A DNA stretch of 64,000 nt from Tubiluchus corallicola. Taxonomy: Eukaryota; Animalia; Priapulida. Positions 13,101-28,100 of this stretch are shown in pieces. Position numbers and translations under genes: made by a program. Under the pieces are notes generated by a model, which had not been told where the DNA came from, made no database searches, and saw nothing but the letters and a program-made list of their open reading frames with translations. The DNA is taken from contig JAQGDQ010000402.1 in NCBI GenBank assembly GCA_030141605.1, positions 1-64,000 on the forward strand, in the 5' to 3' direction. The number at the start of each line of letters is the position of its first letter. The stretch's first letter is position 1.

Positions 13101-16100
13101 TGCACCTGCCTGTTTATTGGAATATCTCATAAGCACTTTACATACAAACATAACAAACTGTTACGTTAAGTCGTTAAATTCTGTCATTAAGCTCTAACCT
13201 ATTATAAAGTAACTAAAACTTGTAAATATTAATGAGCTTACCCTGACTTGCAATTTTCTCTGTATTGCATCGGCTGCATTAACTGTTCGTGCGTGGACTT
13301 CAACTGGACAGATGCCAGATTTAATTAGTCTAAACGTAAACACAACCACAGCACTCAGTCCACTTTGAACCTAGATTATGCAAAACCAGAATGTTGGTTG
13401 AAGCCAATTGGCTAATTAACGTAGTCACTGTAATGCAGTAATTTGAACTAATATTCAAACCAACAGTGCAACTGTACACTTAGGCCCTCATGCAAAATAA
13501 TTCCTGTGGGCCCTGTAATTCAAAGGTAAAAATTTCGCGACTAAATGATACAGTATAGCTTTTAAAACTAACTGCAAAGCTGTCAAAATTTGCCTTTAAA
13601 CTTCTTTTCAAACTAATTTCATGCTGGCAAACGATTACTACTTCAGTCACGCTTCTAAATGACTACGGGCCCTCTAACCCACACAAATCCCTTTGCAATT
13701 GCAGGGTGGGTAGTTACGCCACTGATACAATCAATGAGTCGCAAAAACGTTTATTAAACAAGGCATTGTTACATGCTAATGGGTGTACATGACATTTCAT
13801 ATTTGCAACCAAAATAGAAACAAATTTTACAAAACCCGTCAAGACAAAAACAATGCCTTTCTTTTCATAGCTAAACCACCTGTTATCCATCTGTAATCCG
13901 TAATACATAAAATGCGCAAAGCCAATATAATAATGTTAGAGCATTTTTCGTAATATACATTCAGCAAATAATTTTTTTCTATTCTGTTAGAAGACAAAAA
14001 ACACATTCCATGAGATAACATATATCAAATGTGTATGATGAAAACCAGCCATGCTATTCTCTACAATTATGTGGCATGTTTGAAACCTCACTAAGAATTT
14101 TGGATAATTGAATACATGGCCAAAAAAGAGCAGCCTTTTCCAATTTTTAGATTAGTCCTATTTTACTGTATGGATACCTAATGCATAACTGGTATAATGT
14201 ATAACTAATGCAAAACACAAGTACGTATGTATATTAGAAATTTAATGTAGTACACTTACTGTCTTATGCTTTGTTTCGGTCTCGTAAAGGGTTTTACCGG
14301 AAATTTCGTAGCAGTCGCTGCCAACCAATATCACTTCAGCTTCCACATCAGCATGAAGGTAATTGAAAACAACAGCTCGTATACTTAGTTCCTCTCCTTT
14401 TACGACGCAACACGGCATAAGCAAAGTTACAAAAAATGGTCTAAAGACAGTCAGCTGTAAGCGAAAATCATACAGCATGTAAATTATAACAGACTGTGTC
14501 AAATTACTGTTTTTCGGAATGATGTCTCACTTTATATACGATATTAGCTAAGTCCACTCATATTTCAGGTATTATTTTGAATCCCATTTTGGCAGTCATA
14601 TTTCACGTCATTATTTGGATACAGTGGGAATATCGATATTACAAGTTGGGACCCCTAAAACCTCTGTAATGGATCTATAATCGACCACACTAGATGACTA
14701 CATAAAGTAGAATGTCCTAAAAGATGTTATTTCAGATGCCATTTTTACCTAATCTGACAATAGTTTAAAACTTGCTGGTTAGTTATGTTATACGACCATT
14801 TCAGGTCGCACCTCTGCATGTAAGAATAACCCACAGACAAATATTCATTTTCATGTAATACAGATTTGATTTTGTCAACCTAAAGGTGACGTGCCTTTGA
14901 GCAAAAATGTGCAAACCAAATACTATTAAAAGATTTGAATACTACATATAAAAGATAGCTCTTGAAACTGCATTGATTCACCAGAATGATATTTCTTTTC
15001 AGGTCTAGATCAGGGCTTTTGTTAGTTCAGAAAATATTGTGATTTTCACATTACTATAAGTAAAATATTTTACCACTGTTACTGTTATGATACTATTTTA
15101 AAGTACAATTTTAGGTCATGTTTGTTGCAACCACAAATTGCAACCACTGATAAGTAAACAGTCAACATTATTTTACTACTATTTTATTTTATTGCAGCAG
15201 GTATGGCAATTTAAAACACACACTTCAAGAAACTACATAAGTCTAAAATAGTTTAACAAGTATACATTAAAGGAGGATGTTTAACATAAATCTAATTGGC
15301 AAAAATAGCAGGTCTTGAATTAGCTGATTGCCCACTGGTACAGGGAGATAGTATTTGCTGTACATACCAAAAGATGGTAACTACCAACTTTTGAACTACA
15401 AAGCTTACATATACAGGTTTGTTTTGGATCAAAGCACTGATTGGAGCAGATTTTATGGTGGAATCGATGAACTGCTTGTTTTGTCACAGCATGTCGGTTC
15501 TGCCTCGTGGGTTCTTGTCATTTACTTGCAGTCATTGCCGTGCATTTCATGTATTACAGGTTGACAACAGTTAACAGCATGAAACATGACACAAGTTTTA
15601 AAAAAAACTTAAAGCTTACTTCAGCAGCTTGTTTTGTGATAGCCAAGCCAGTCTTATGATTGATTGAAAAAGCAGTAGCCAGCCACATTGTGATCGTATC
15701 CGGAACGACTGCAGTTATAATGGTTTGTTGACTGTAACTAAACACATTTAACAATCATGTAAAAGTTATAAAAACCTCTGAGTAAAAAATACATAAAATA
15801 ACATAATTTAGTGTTAAGGACTGTATCTATACCTTCTTTATTACTGGTTCAGTATAACCACTTACTGTTAAAAAATCTAGGAGGAGATCTAATGCAAATT
15901 TTTCTAAAATCTTTAACCTTGAACAGTCTTAACCTTTGCTGAAAGACAAAAGCTAACGATTATTTTAGCTACATAACAAAATTTTGGTTATTTGGATGAC
16001 AAGAACAAGTGATTAACAAGAACAATAAATCAAATTATTTTGTGTTAGACAAATGATTTGGTCTGGTTTTGAAGACAAAAACAAAAATGCATTGTTGTCT

Positions 16101-19100
16101 TTGCCTTTTAGCAAGAACTGCTAAGCTATTAGTTAGAACAATATAATTATCTGATAAGAAACATTGCAATCGTAAGTACATTTATAATAAAAACAATGGG
16201 CACTTAATCAAATGCTGATTGGCTAACAGGTATAACCTATATAAAAGCCTTTCAGAGAGTAGATACGTCATTTGTAAGTTAGGCACATGATTACAAGACT
16301 GCTAGTTATGTATTAAGTAAGAGCAAAACTGAGAAGGTTTGTAATTTGTTTTTGAATAGTTGTGTGTGAAAGGGTGAGAAAAATTGGTTATGATGTGTTT
16401 GATGTTGACATTAAACTATAAAAATAGAATGAGTGATAATGAAGCTAATGAAAGAAACATGAAAGTGTTGGGATCACGGAAATGCAAAAGTGTAAATAAT
16501 TTGCCCTGTAAAGTAGAATTCAGAGATTATTAATGCAGAGATTATTAATGTACTATATATTTAATTTTATTAATTAAAGCGCCCACTTTGTATAATAAAC
16601 GAAAAAGCAACAGTATATACTACAGCATTATTAGAATCAGATGACAGTGAGATATTGCCACATAGTAGTATTTGGATATTATTCAGAGTGAGTGATTTTG
16701 TACACAATATTGCTAAGCTATTAAATACAATAACGATTCATTACTAGAAAAGAAAATTTGAATGCAGAATTTAGAACAATGTATTTTTAGTTGCTTAGTT
16801 GGTAATTGCAATAATTTTAAAAAATTTACATCAAAATGCATGTAATACTGCCAAATGCAGTTTATACTACCTGGTTGTTGAAGTGTTGAGCCACAGCCAG
16901 GTTTCGGGAAAATATTTCCGCACGTACGTCGCTAGCGGATCAACATCCGTAATCTGTTGTGTCTGTTGCGACCGCTGCATTCCAGATCTTCCCGATATTC
17001 CTCCTATTCCTGACATAACTGAAAGTTAGAAGGATGCAAAAGGAATGGTACATTGTAGCTCTCTATTTGTGCAATAGTACGAATTTAGGTATTCACAAGC
17101 AGTACTGCAAAATTTTTCACGACTGATGAAAAGCCCTTGCAAAAAACTAACATGAATTAACTAGAAGCCAAAATATGGTGCACCCAAAGTTAACAAAATC
17201 GCTGAATTAAGATTTAGAATAAGATTCATCAAACACAACTGGGTTGCATGCAGTTAGTAAAGCAATAAAAGATTCAAGCATGCAGCAAAAGAAGTAATAA
17301 ACCAAAATGGTTATCAAATCACCTGTGTTACTTGTACGCAGAAATGTGACTATTACTTTGTGGCAATCTTATGCATATACGATGTACGGCGCTTCTCTAT
17401 TAAATACATGCCCAGTATCTGCCTGCCCAGTCATAGAAACGTACAGCAAAACTTGAAGATAATGTGTCGTAAATTTGTTGTTAGCAACCAATTCAATGGG
17501 TCGCACTTTTTTCTAAGTAAAATTTGCTGATATTTCTGATCAAATAGCTGTTACACAACAAATATACCTGTTTCTATGCATAAAATCATGCATACTTTTT
17601 AATGTGTGATTTAAAATAGCCAATAAGAAATAAAAATCGCACAAGAAAAAATAACCTGCACTAAACAAAATTTTTAGTCTCAAGTAGTTAAATGATCATC
17701 AAGATCACAAATAATTACTGATAATTTTGATAAAATTGCATTGAAAACCTTTGCACAATATATGATGCTAATGTGACTTATAAATAAAACGATCAGTCAC
17801 CAGAATAAGTTTCTTCCAAAAAATAGCAAAATTGTGACAATAAAACATAATTTTGCAATGCAAACATTATAATGCAAATTAACGAAAGTAAATTTAAGAT
17901 ACAGTAAAAAAATGTGTGCTTTACTGTGTATTATTCAAAAATGCATTTCATAATTTGAAAGGTATTATGTAAATGTAAGCAGAACAATTAAATAAAGTTT
18001 AAGCTTACGAGCATCAAATTCATCTTCTCTTCCTGCATCAGTCAAAAATAAGAAACCTGCATCCTTTTTAGATAAAAAAAGCCAAAATTGTGAGTATGAA
18101 GATGCTGGGAGACTATATTAACTTTCTTAACTTAACCAAACATCAAAACAAAAGCAGAAAGTTATACTATAGGGCATGTATAAGTATTCGAGCATGCAAG
18201 CCTGAAAACGATCGAAAAGTACAGTTAAAATATCACAGCAAAGCATATGCACAAAAAAGGTTTAATCTTAAGTATAACCACAATCTAAAAACGTTTCACC
18301 TGGAAGCTAATTGGGTTAATATATAGCAAGCACAACCGAAGAAGGCTTAGTGTAAAAATAAAACTAATTTTAAGGCCCGTGTCAGAGACAGAGCTGGGCA
18401 TAATTCGTAAGGCGTAAGCCGCGATGAGAAAAAACCACCTCATGAAAAATGAATTTATGCTACCAAATGGTCCCTTTCACACAGATAATCTATTTGCCAT
18501 CTTTCGCCAACCGCTATTTGCCTACCGTAAGCCATAATTCGCGGTAGGCTCCTTACAAGACGTTTCGAGCGCTTCATAAGACGCCTTATTGTGAAATGAA
18601 ATTTGGCCATTGATTTCATTTGCCATAAAGTATTTTGATGATCGCTAATGCAATAATTAGTGTATTTGTGGTTTTTATAGTGCACACTTCATTTATATCT
18701 TAAGAATTCATAACACCGATGTATTTAAAAGTATTTTTAATGCACAACACTTATTTATGTTAAGTATGCTAATACTAGTTCTCTACACTACAATGCACAT
18801 GAGAAATGAATTTGCAAGTTCAAGTCTAAAGAAATTGATTACTGGAATTGCAGATAATGAGATGATAAACAATATAACTGATGACTTTGATATCAACCTA
18901 AATAGTGCACAATGTGTCCACTTAATAAAGTTGCATACCTCTAAAGTTTTCTCGAATGATTCTAAGTGACTGTCACTGACATTTACCTTCCCATATTCAC
19001 ATAGTTTCTCTTTAACCTGGTAATAACAAAATCTAATACTTTATTTTATGTTAAAATCTTATGCTTAATTATAACGGCTTTGTACATGTATATAAAGAAC

Positions 19101-22100
19101 ACATTCATAAACTTATACAGGCAACTTTACTTAAACTCATAGCTGTGGGACCCAAAGTAACAGTTAAGCATTTAACAACATGTCATATACTGGCTAGGGG
19201 TAAATGATGGCAGAATGACCTGTATGGAGTAACATGTCATGCACGACTAAGAAGACGTGTTAAGAGATAAAAACATGTTGTTGAAAGATGTTGAGAGAGG
19301 TTTTAAAAGTTCTGTACAAAACTCATACATAATTAATATCAAGATTAATTAATTATGATTTGAAGTCAGTGCAGAGTCAAGCAGCCGTATTTAAGGGTTT
19401 ATTTTAAATATAGTTTATCAAGAGGACATGGATGAAAGCTCTCTAATGACAGTTGATGTTCAGCTTTCATATGTCTTTCATATAATCTGAGAGAGATGAT
19501 TACAATGCATTCATAAGTAACTGAATGCCTAATTAAGTTGAATGTCTAATGTCCAAGGTGGGTGTGTGCTAGCGTAATTGATATGTAAAATCATATAGCG
19601 ACATACAGCGTATCACAATGCATTATCAGTACACGCTAGCACGTACTAATAATTTTAATCCTACAAGGTTAGCCTACTCTATCAAAAATATTAGCATACA
19701 AGCCCAAGGAATAACTGAGATATGAAATAATAAGAAATCCTATTGAACCAGCTAGATCTCTAGTAAGCAGTGTTGAACATTCATTGTGATTAAATTGATT
19801 TTTTATTACTGCTGATATTTATATTTTTAAGGTTAAACAATTATTAAAGCATGACATTTACACTAAATCGGCCTTATATTTAGTATAAGGTCTAAATAAT
19901 AAAGATAAAATGTGGTTGATTGTTTTATTATCTTTTTTGTTTACAAAACAAAAATAACAACTAACGACTGAAATTTTTTACCTTCATTATTTAAACATTA
20001 CATTGAAAATATGAGTCACATGCATTGCACTCTAAGAAAATTTATTACGCATGGCAAAATTTTATGAAAACTTACATTAACATTATATTAACAACAGTAG
20101 TAAAAAAAAAACAATTTTTCTTATTTAGCACCAGCATTAATAACAAAAACAGCTTAACCAGAATACCTGGTCTACTTAAAATACTAACATTAACTTACTA
20201 AAAACAAATTAAGTATATCATACCTGTTTTTGTGTGATGTCATTACCAGATTTTAGAAGTCTGGCACTTTTGTCAACAACAAGAAGACCCACGAATGAGT
20301 CTGGATGGGTGTTGATGCGGATGTTCACCATTTGTCTCACATCAGTTAATGGTACATTAAATTCAACAGAGATCTGCGAAAAAACTAACAACAGTAATTC
20401 TAATGTAAACATATCTTGGCAGGAAAATTAAGAAAGAAACACATCAAACAACAAAGGAAAAACAATAAAAAAGGGCTGCAACACAGACCTGAAAGTTACG
20501 ATGCGAAAATCGCGGCAATAATTTAACCTCAGCTGATATAATTCTGCATTTATTTCTTCTACAATACATATAATTATGTACTGCAATAACAGCACATTGT
20601 AATAAGTGGGCAGCAAAAACTTAACAATTACTTATGATAATAAACAGCTATACAAGCATTTGCAATTTTTCAATGATCTGCTTGGCATTCTATATAAAGA
20701 TAGTAGACACCACTCACTTTGTGACAAACCCCGCTTGAGAACATCAAATTAACACATCAGTAGGAATTCGGTGCACTCCAGATGTGTACAATGAATATTA
20801 TGTAATTGTGTAAACAACACAGGTGCAAAATTGGGCATGTAGAACTAATATCATGCAGTAACTATTCCTATCACTTATAATGTACATATAATATAAATAT
20901 GACCACATATGTGCATTTCATATGATTTTATATATGATTTTAATATACAAGTTTGATATAAGTTAACCAAAATAACGATGAATTCACAGCAGAAGTCAGA
21001 AAGGCTTCAGTGCAGAGCCAACGACACAGTATTGTGTCGGAGACAATGCCATAATATAGCTGATAACAGCTAGCTCACAAGCAAAAAATATCAATACACG
21101 CTGAAAGCAGAATAAGCACATTGGCTGCAACTTGCTAACAGAACGTCAACAACTGTGGGGTTATTCCATCAAAAATTGACAATATTGAAATAAAATTATA
21201 AATTATTAATTTAACCAAACTGAACCTGAAGTACATAAAGTTTCCTGACAGCACAGCAAACAGTAATCGCTTGTAAAATATTGCAGAAGTGGCTCCATCT
21301 AAATGTAACAAAGACATTTTTTCACACGATGGGTTGTCAAAATACATGATGCCTAAAATAGCTGAACACGTTCGCTTCGTTTATAATATGCACTATACTG
21401 AGTACCTATATAACATCAAGTATGTCAACTTTCTACTTACGTTGCTTTGAAAAGCGCCATCTACTTCGAATTCTAAACCATCTCTCACAAATTCTCCATC
21501 ATTTTCGAAGAACACTATTAAATGTGATTTTGGCGCCATGACTTCCCAGATATTCAGAAAATGTTTTGTTGATTTCTGCCCCGCAGAGAGTACTAAATCA
21601 ATTTGTACAACAACCCCTTTGTTAAACACCTGTTGTAACGCAAAATAAAACACTGTTCTCTTAAACTAGTTAAAGTATATTTCACTACCACATGTGTATT
21701 TCAGTATTTCATACAGGGAATCTTTCACAAAATATAGCAAAGCAGAGTTTTTAAAATAAATGTATTACATGCAGAAATATATGCTCCAGAAATACTGAAA
21801 TTGTACATGTCCTAATTTTTGTCGTTTTTGTTGTATGAGCTGCCTAGGTTTCTGTCATAAACGAAGGAGATGATATGGCTGAATAGATTTTTTGAGTCTG
21901 TGCGATCACCTACATGCAAATGTGTGGATTTAAGCCAAATCATAGGCAGGTCTAGGCCTTTGATTTGCTTTTCTAGAAACACTGTATAGAAAGAAAAACC
22001 AAATAAGTAAAAATAATGATTAATATATTTGACCTGAAAAAAAGATTACACAATTACATGAAAATGATGATAATTAGTACTATTACAAGTTAATCATCAG

Positions 22101-25100
22101 GAATTTTATCATAAGTTAAAGAGCATATTAATATGATTTTTTCCGATAATAAAGCAAAAAACTAGAAGCTGAAAAAGTAAGTCTTTACATAAGGTTTTCT
22201 ACATGGGATAATTTGACTACCAATGTCAGGGAATCTGTGCTAAATAGCTTCTTGTGGTTCAAAGTTTGGACAATAACACAATAATTTAAGTGCTGATTCA
22301 GTTACCCATCAAGTTGAGCCAGAGAGTGCATGTTCCTGTAGGTACCCATTGAGGATGTTCAGCAGTATTTAATGAACTGCAATAAGCATGACGATGTAAG
22401 GCACATGAAGTTGATTTCAATTCCCCTGGGTTAACAGTCCAAAACTGGCCACTTTTTATGATTTGCCAAGAAAATTAATTTGACTTTGTTTTAATTGTTT
22501 CTCAATGTGACTGAATAATTTTTCAGAACATTGAATACTGAGAGCTATAACAATATTAATATTAATTTGAATTGCTTCTATTGAGGTACTTGTACAAAAA
22601 TTAATAATATTGATACTGACACTGACGATATTAGTGCATCAATGTTGATTGATTATATATATATATACAATTGCAATATAATAGGATCAATTTAAAACTG
22701 CAGCATAGACACAGCTTTAAATAGCCTGTGCCACATGTTTCATAGACTGCCTTAATAATACCATTGGGTGTTGGTTAATAACACCTAAACCAAACCACAA
22801 ATTTAAATGAGTTAGACAAAGTTAACATGAAGAGAAGTGCATTAATATCAAGTTACATAAAGCCAGGTTTCTCTATGAGGTATAGGAACCGTTGAAGTTA
22901 GAAACAAAGTGACATTGTCTCCAGGTTTTGCCATCTTCCTGTCCATTGACACATGCAGAAATGCATTTGATTCTGAGCGTGAAAGTAAAACAGTAAAAAA
23001 TGTCTCTTCGGCGTCTAGACGCGTCGCCTGCAAAATATGTTTCAAACGATGATCATAGCAAATGACGTAAATTCATTCATAAATATATTCTGATTCATTT
23101 ACCATTAAAACTGCAACAGTGGAACAGTTAGAAACAAATTTATAACTTGAATTTTTGTGCAACCTCTCAAAGTCATAACAACTAGTTAAAATTTTAACAT
23201 AGTGGCACCTCATTTATTATTGCTAATAATAACACCTTTAATTAAATCAGAAATGTGTACTAAAATTGTGCTCATTTTCCAAAATCAATTCAAGACCATT
23301 TTCATTCATTATACAAATGTTAAAAAGGATGTACTGATCTCAACGTGCAGTGAAATTAATGTAAAATTGTAAAAATAATCTTTATCTGCTGAAGTATGCA
23401 CCAGTTTCATGAATTATTGTACAATGAATGTCAAGCAATGGAGACAGCATTTGATACAGCAAATTTTGTACATATTTCTAGAAGTTTAGAAATTTAAAAG
23501 TACTCGGAAATGTAAGTAAACAGAGCATAAATACTTTACACAACCTCAAAGAAAGGGCTTTGCATTAAAACTTACGTGAAACCTTATAGTTCGAGTCTTA
23601 GAGTGTGGATAAACTTTTAAGCGAAGCATTCCATCTTTTGGAACATAGTAGGTTTCATTCCACACACTTTGTGGACCATACATTGAGCCACTATACAATG
23701 AGCTCCAACCAAGGTCGAATTTCACAGAAACCTCGCGAGACAAATCCGGTGTTAAAGGACTATCATCTTGTTTCGTTACTTTCAACTACAAAAAAACAGC
23801 AAAAAAACATTGCAGAGATAATAAAATTATGGTTAATGAAGAAAAAGTTGTGTCAAAGAATATGAAAAAAACACAATCCTGGTGATCTATCACAAAACTG
23901 GTTTTTATTTTGTTTTAAGACAAACTAAATAAAATAATGTATTATTAACTAATAACTGACACTTAAAACAAACTTTGAAAAAAAAGATAAAAATCCAAAT
24001 GTTTTTCATACGTATGCAGTATATGCTAAGCCTGGTTTAAAGTGTCTTGGACCGATGAATTCCATTTTCACATTCTTTAGGTAGACATCAGTCATATAGC
24101 TCTTCTGATACTTAATACCTGAAAAAAGTGCAGACAGTCATTTCAAAGTCAATATAGCACATAGCTGATTCGTTGAAACTTAAACAGTTCTTTCACACAA
24201 CATTATTGGTATACGTTACCTTCATTGTTAAGTGGTGTATGCTTTTAGTCAATTTTGATCTAGATTGCCTTCAGAATTGCGAAGAGATTTGCTGAAAAAA
24301 TACTTCTTTGCTAAGCAAATTAATATCTTTGAAAACTTTGCAAGCGCACTTAGCGACGAAGTTGCAGATTTTCGTCAATATCGTCAATGATTGCTTTGCC
24401 TTAAGAAGCGAAAATAAACCATATTGCTGCATACTTATAGGTTAAACCATCCTGACAGCCAAGCTGGTATGCCCCTACCTTCCACTGAATATATCTGAGA
24501 CTGTTAGAAGGAACAGTCTATGAGTTTTTTAGTTTACAATTGACTTATTTCCTCAAAATTTAAAAACTTGCTGAGAAAATGAACAGTTTTAGTGAAACGT
24601 ATATTATCTTCAATAAAATTAGTTAACAACACAATGCCAGCCTGTAATTTAGAAATATTCAAGAAAAAACAAGCACCATAATCAAAGGATAAAGTTGAAA
24701 AGTCATACAAACTTGACTGTAAAACAGAAATGTGTGTAATTAAGGTAAATTTTATCCACTTTTTGTGAAGAGCTTAAAGGCTTAGAATACTTATTTATAA
24801 TACTCCTTTGGCCTTCATAAATTTTGCATAACTTATCACACAATTTCTTATGTTGGCCTGATATTATGTTGTACTTTTCTAGCCAAAAATGATACTCAAC
24901 AGGCACAATCTCGTTTATGACAGCCATATGGTTGAGTTGAAATTTTGCATACCTGTTTCTGCTTCCATAAAATCCAAGTCCATAGTTATTTGTTCCTGAA
25001 TGAAATAAACATCTCCCATGTCATATTCTACAGAAAAATCTGTTGTTCCATATATCTACAAAAAATCAAAAGAAGTATTATAAGAAATGCTTCAACACGT

Positions 25101-28100
25101 GTTTCATATATTTCTCGAAACTCAAACTTAAAGTTTCGTAAGCACCTTATAAAAACATAAAAGGTATGAAAAATATCTTTTGCAATTTTTATGAAAGCTT
25201 TACAGAAGTGTTCATTTTTACAGTTTTCATTGATAAGCTTATATAAATAGAAGGATAAAATGTCATACCAATCTGCCATAGTATTGCAAAGCAATTTTAC
25301 CTTGAATCCAAAAAATGTATCTACTTAAGCTAACAGCTTCTTATAATACCACATCAAACTTTAACAATTTTAACATGTTTGCAAACTATGAGAAAATGTA
25401 AATTAGGTGATTTAACCTTTCGGCTTCAACATGCAGAATCCTAGTGGTTTTTTACATTTTTACAAACATAAAGATGAAGTAGTAACCTGAATACATTGGA
25501 ACAACCTGAGTTTTTAGACATTCCTAAACTTACCCACTCTTCAAATTTTTGTACAGTTTCATTTTTTGGTGATTTGAAAACCATTTTCAAAAGACCTGCC
25601 ACTGAGGTACCAAAAGTGTATCTAAAATTGTTCAAAAAATCAAAATCAGAACATAATTTCATACTTGTATTATTAATATAGCATTAAAATGAAGCAGTCC
25701 AAGCCAGCCCTAAAGACTTGTAAATAACCAGAGGTAATATTCAGGGTTTTGCTAAGATAGAACAGCAAACCTGCTTGAAGAAATAATAAATTAATTAATA
25801 AACCTACAATCAATTCTCACATTTTTGTTAGAACAGATCTAGTTTATTTGATAAAGTGTGAAAAATGTTAAATAATTATTAATTAGCATTTAGCACCTAC
25901 GTGGCTGTTACAGTTCCAGCAGCATGAAAACGCACGCCAACATAATAAGATGGCTGACTGACGATAACTTCAAATCTTGGCAGATCTAAAAAATTATGAA
26001 AATTATCAGTTTAATTTAAAAAAGCGATGCGTAACGCATGAGTCGATTAACTAAATTTCTTATTAAAAACATGTGAACTACATTTGATAACTTTAGCTTA
26101 TTTGTGATTAAAGTATCACTTACCATTAAAAAATGAGTTATCAGCACGAAGATGTTTGAAAAATAGTTGTAAAATTACTCGATTTCCACAAAATACAGAA
26201 TCATGAAATGCAAGTTAAGCAAGTTACTTACAGTAATACTGCACTGTAAAAATCTTTTCTTCAACTTGCACACTCTAAATAACAAAAACAAATAAAAGCC
26301 AAAAAATATTTTAAAATAATAAGCTATGTATAAGAATGAAACGAGTTTACAAGTTTACACAGATTATTCACCGCGTGGATTTAACATAATGTCAAGAAGC
26401 GTATTAGTTATGAATATGCTTGGTTAATTGTGCCTGAACACTAAATTGTTTCATACAGCTTTCTGTTAAGATTAGTTTCTCAAAAATTGAAGACATGAAA
26501 GTTCAAAAGTTTACACAGAAATTTCTAGTCTAGTACATGCCCAAAAATATGTTACAAATCCAACACATTTTTGGTAAATTTATCTTTTTTGGTTCAAAAC
26601 TAACAATAGAACACTTAAAAAAAAATCTATTCTAGATGTCAAACTCATATAAAAATTACATGTCAAACTTACATAAAAAATTTACATAGAAAATTACATG
26701 TCAAACTTAAATAAAAAAGTTACATAGAAAATTACATGTCAAACTTACATAAAAAAGTTATATAAAAATTACATGTCATACTTACATAGAAAAAAATGCT
26801 AGTCAAAACAGCACATATAAAAAACAAATTTTCAGAAAACAATTTCACAGAAATAAGTTCATCTGGTTACATTTATCAGGCATACTTAAATTTTAATATT
26901 TCCTATGAAAGATCATATCATTTTCACCCACATTCACAACTTTGCGTCACTCCGATAATGCTAACGTACGTTTAACCATGACAGTTCAGTCTTCCCTTCA
27001 AAGACTTCACACGTGATATATTACCCATCTAAGATCACATTTATAGTGGACTCTTGATTTGAAAAAATATCCCCAAAAAAGATTAACAACAAGAATCTGT
27101 TTCGACTATGCAGACCTTTTGTTTTGTCACAACTGGAAACTGACAAGCAACAAACTGAAGTGAGTGGCTAGTAAATTACAATAACAACTAATTAATGAAA
27201 TTAGATTCCAAGTGAAGGTCAGGTGAGTAGACAAGGTGCCAAACTGTTCTGTAGATCAAAGATCAATCTCACACTCATTATAATACACGGGTTACTGAAA
27301 GTATAAGTAAACTAAAGTAAAGTTTACCTTAAAAATATGTAACTTACGTTCAGCCTTACGTAGATTTTCCAATTTCCCAGAACAGTTGGGTCACTAATTT
27401 CCTGATCTAATGTGACAATGCCAAATTCTGATAAAGGCAACATTTTCCATTGATTGAGTTGATTTCCATTCGGATCCTAAGAACCACAGTAAGAAACATT
27501 ATACTAAATGCACAAACGAAAAAGATTTTCGTGTGTTAAAACACTGAAGATTTTGTATATAGTAAAAAAAATATGCAAATTATTGCTAAAATAAAGTAAT
27601 GTTTCAGAAACATTGCAAGTGGAAAAAGTAAATGCAAACACTTAAATACATGTACTTCTCAAGTGGCAAAATTATCTAAAAAAGATGAAAAGAAACTGGA
27701 ACACCATCACTAATAGTCTAATACATCTGACAGGTCAATCTTTTACATTACCTTTTGTAATCCTACCTGTGAGAAATTTGCAAATTAAGATTAATTCTAT
27801 CATTCGAATGGCTAAATTCCCACAGGAGGTTTGTTAATTATCACCAGGAAGCAATCTTTTTGATTAGATTACAAAAATAATGTAAAAGATTGACCTGTCA
27901 GTGTACTACATTTAAACTCCAGAACATCAAATATGTTTAATATGCAGCAATTGTTGTTTTATCTGTAATAATAAATTACAGCAATAAGTTTTTAGCGAAA
28001 AACATAAGTTTGATACAGGTACATTACTAAATTAGGTTACGTGATTTTCGTCTATAATTATACTAACAAATAACAGTGAAATAGCCCTAATTGTGTAAAG

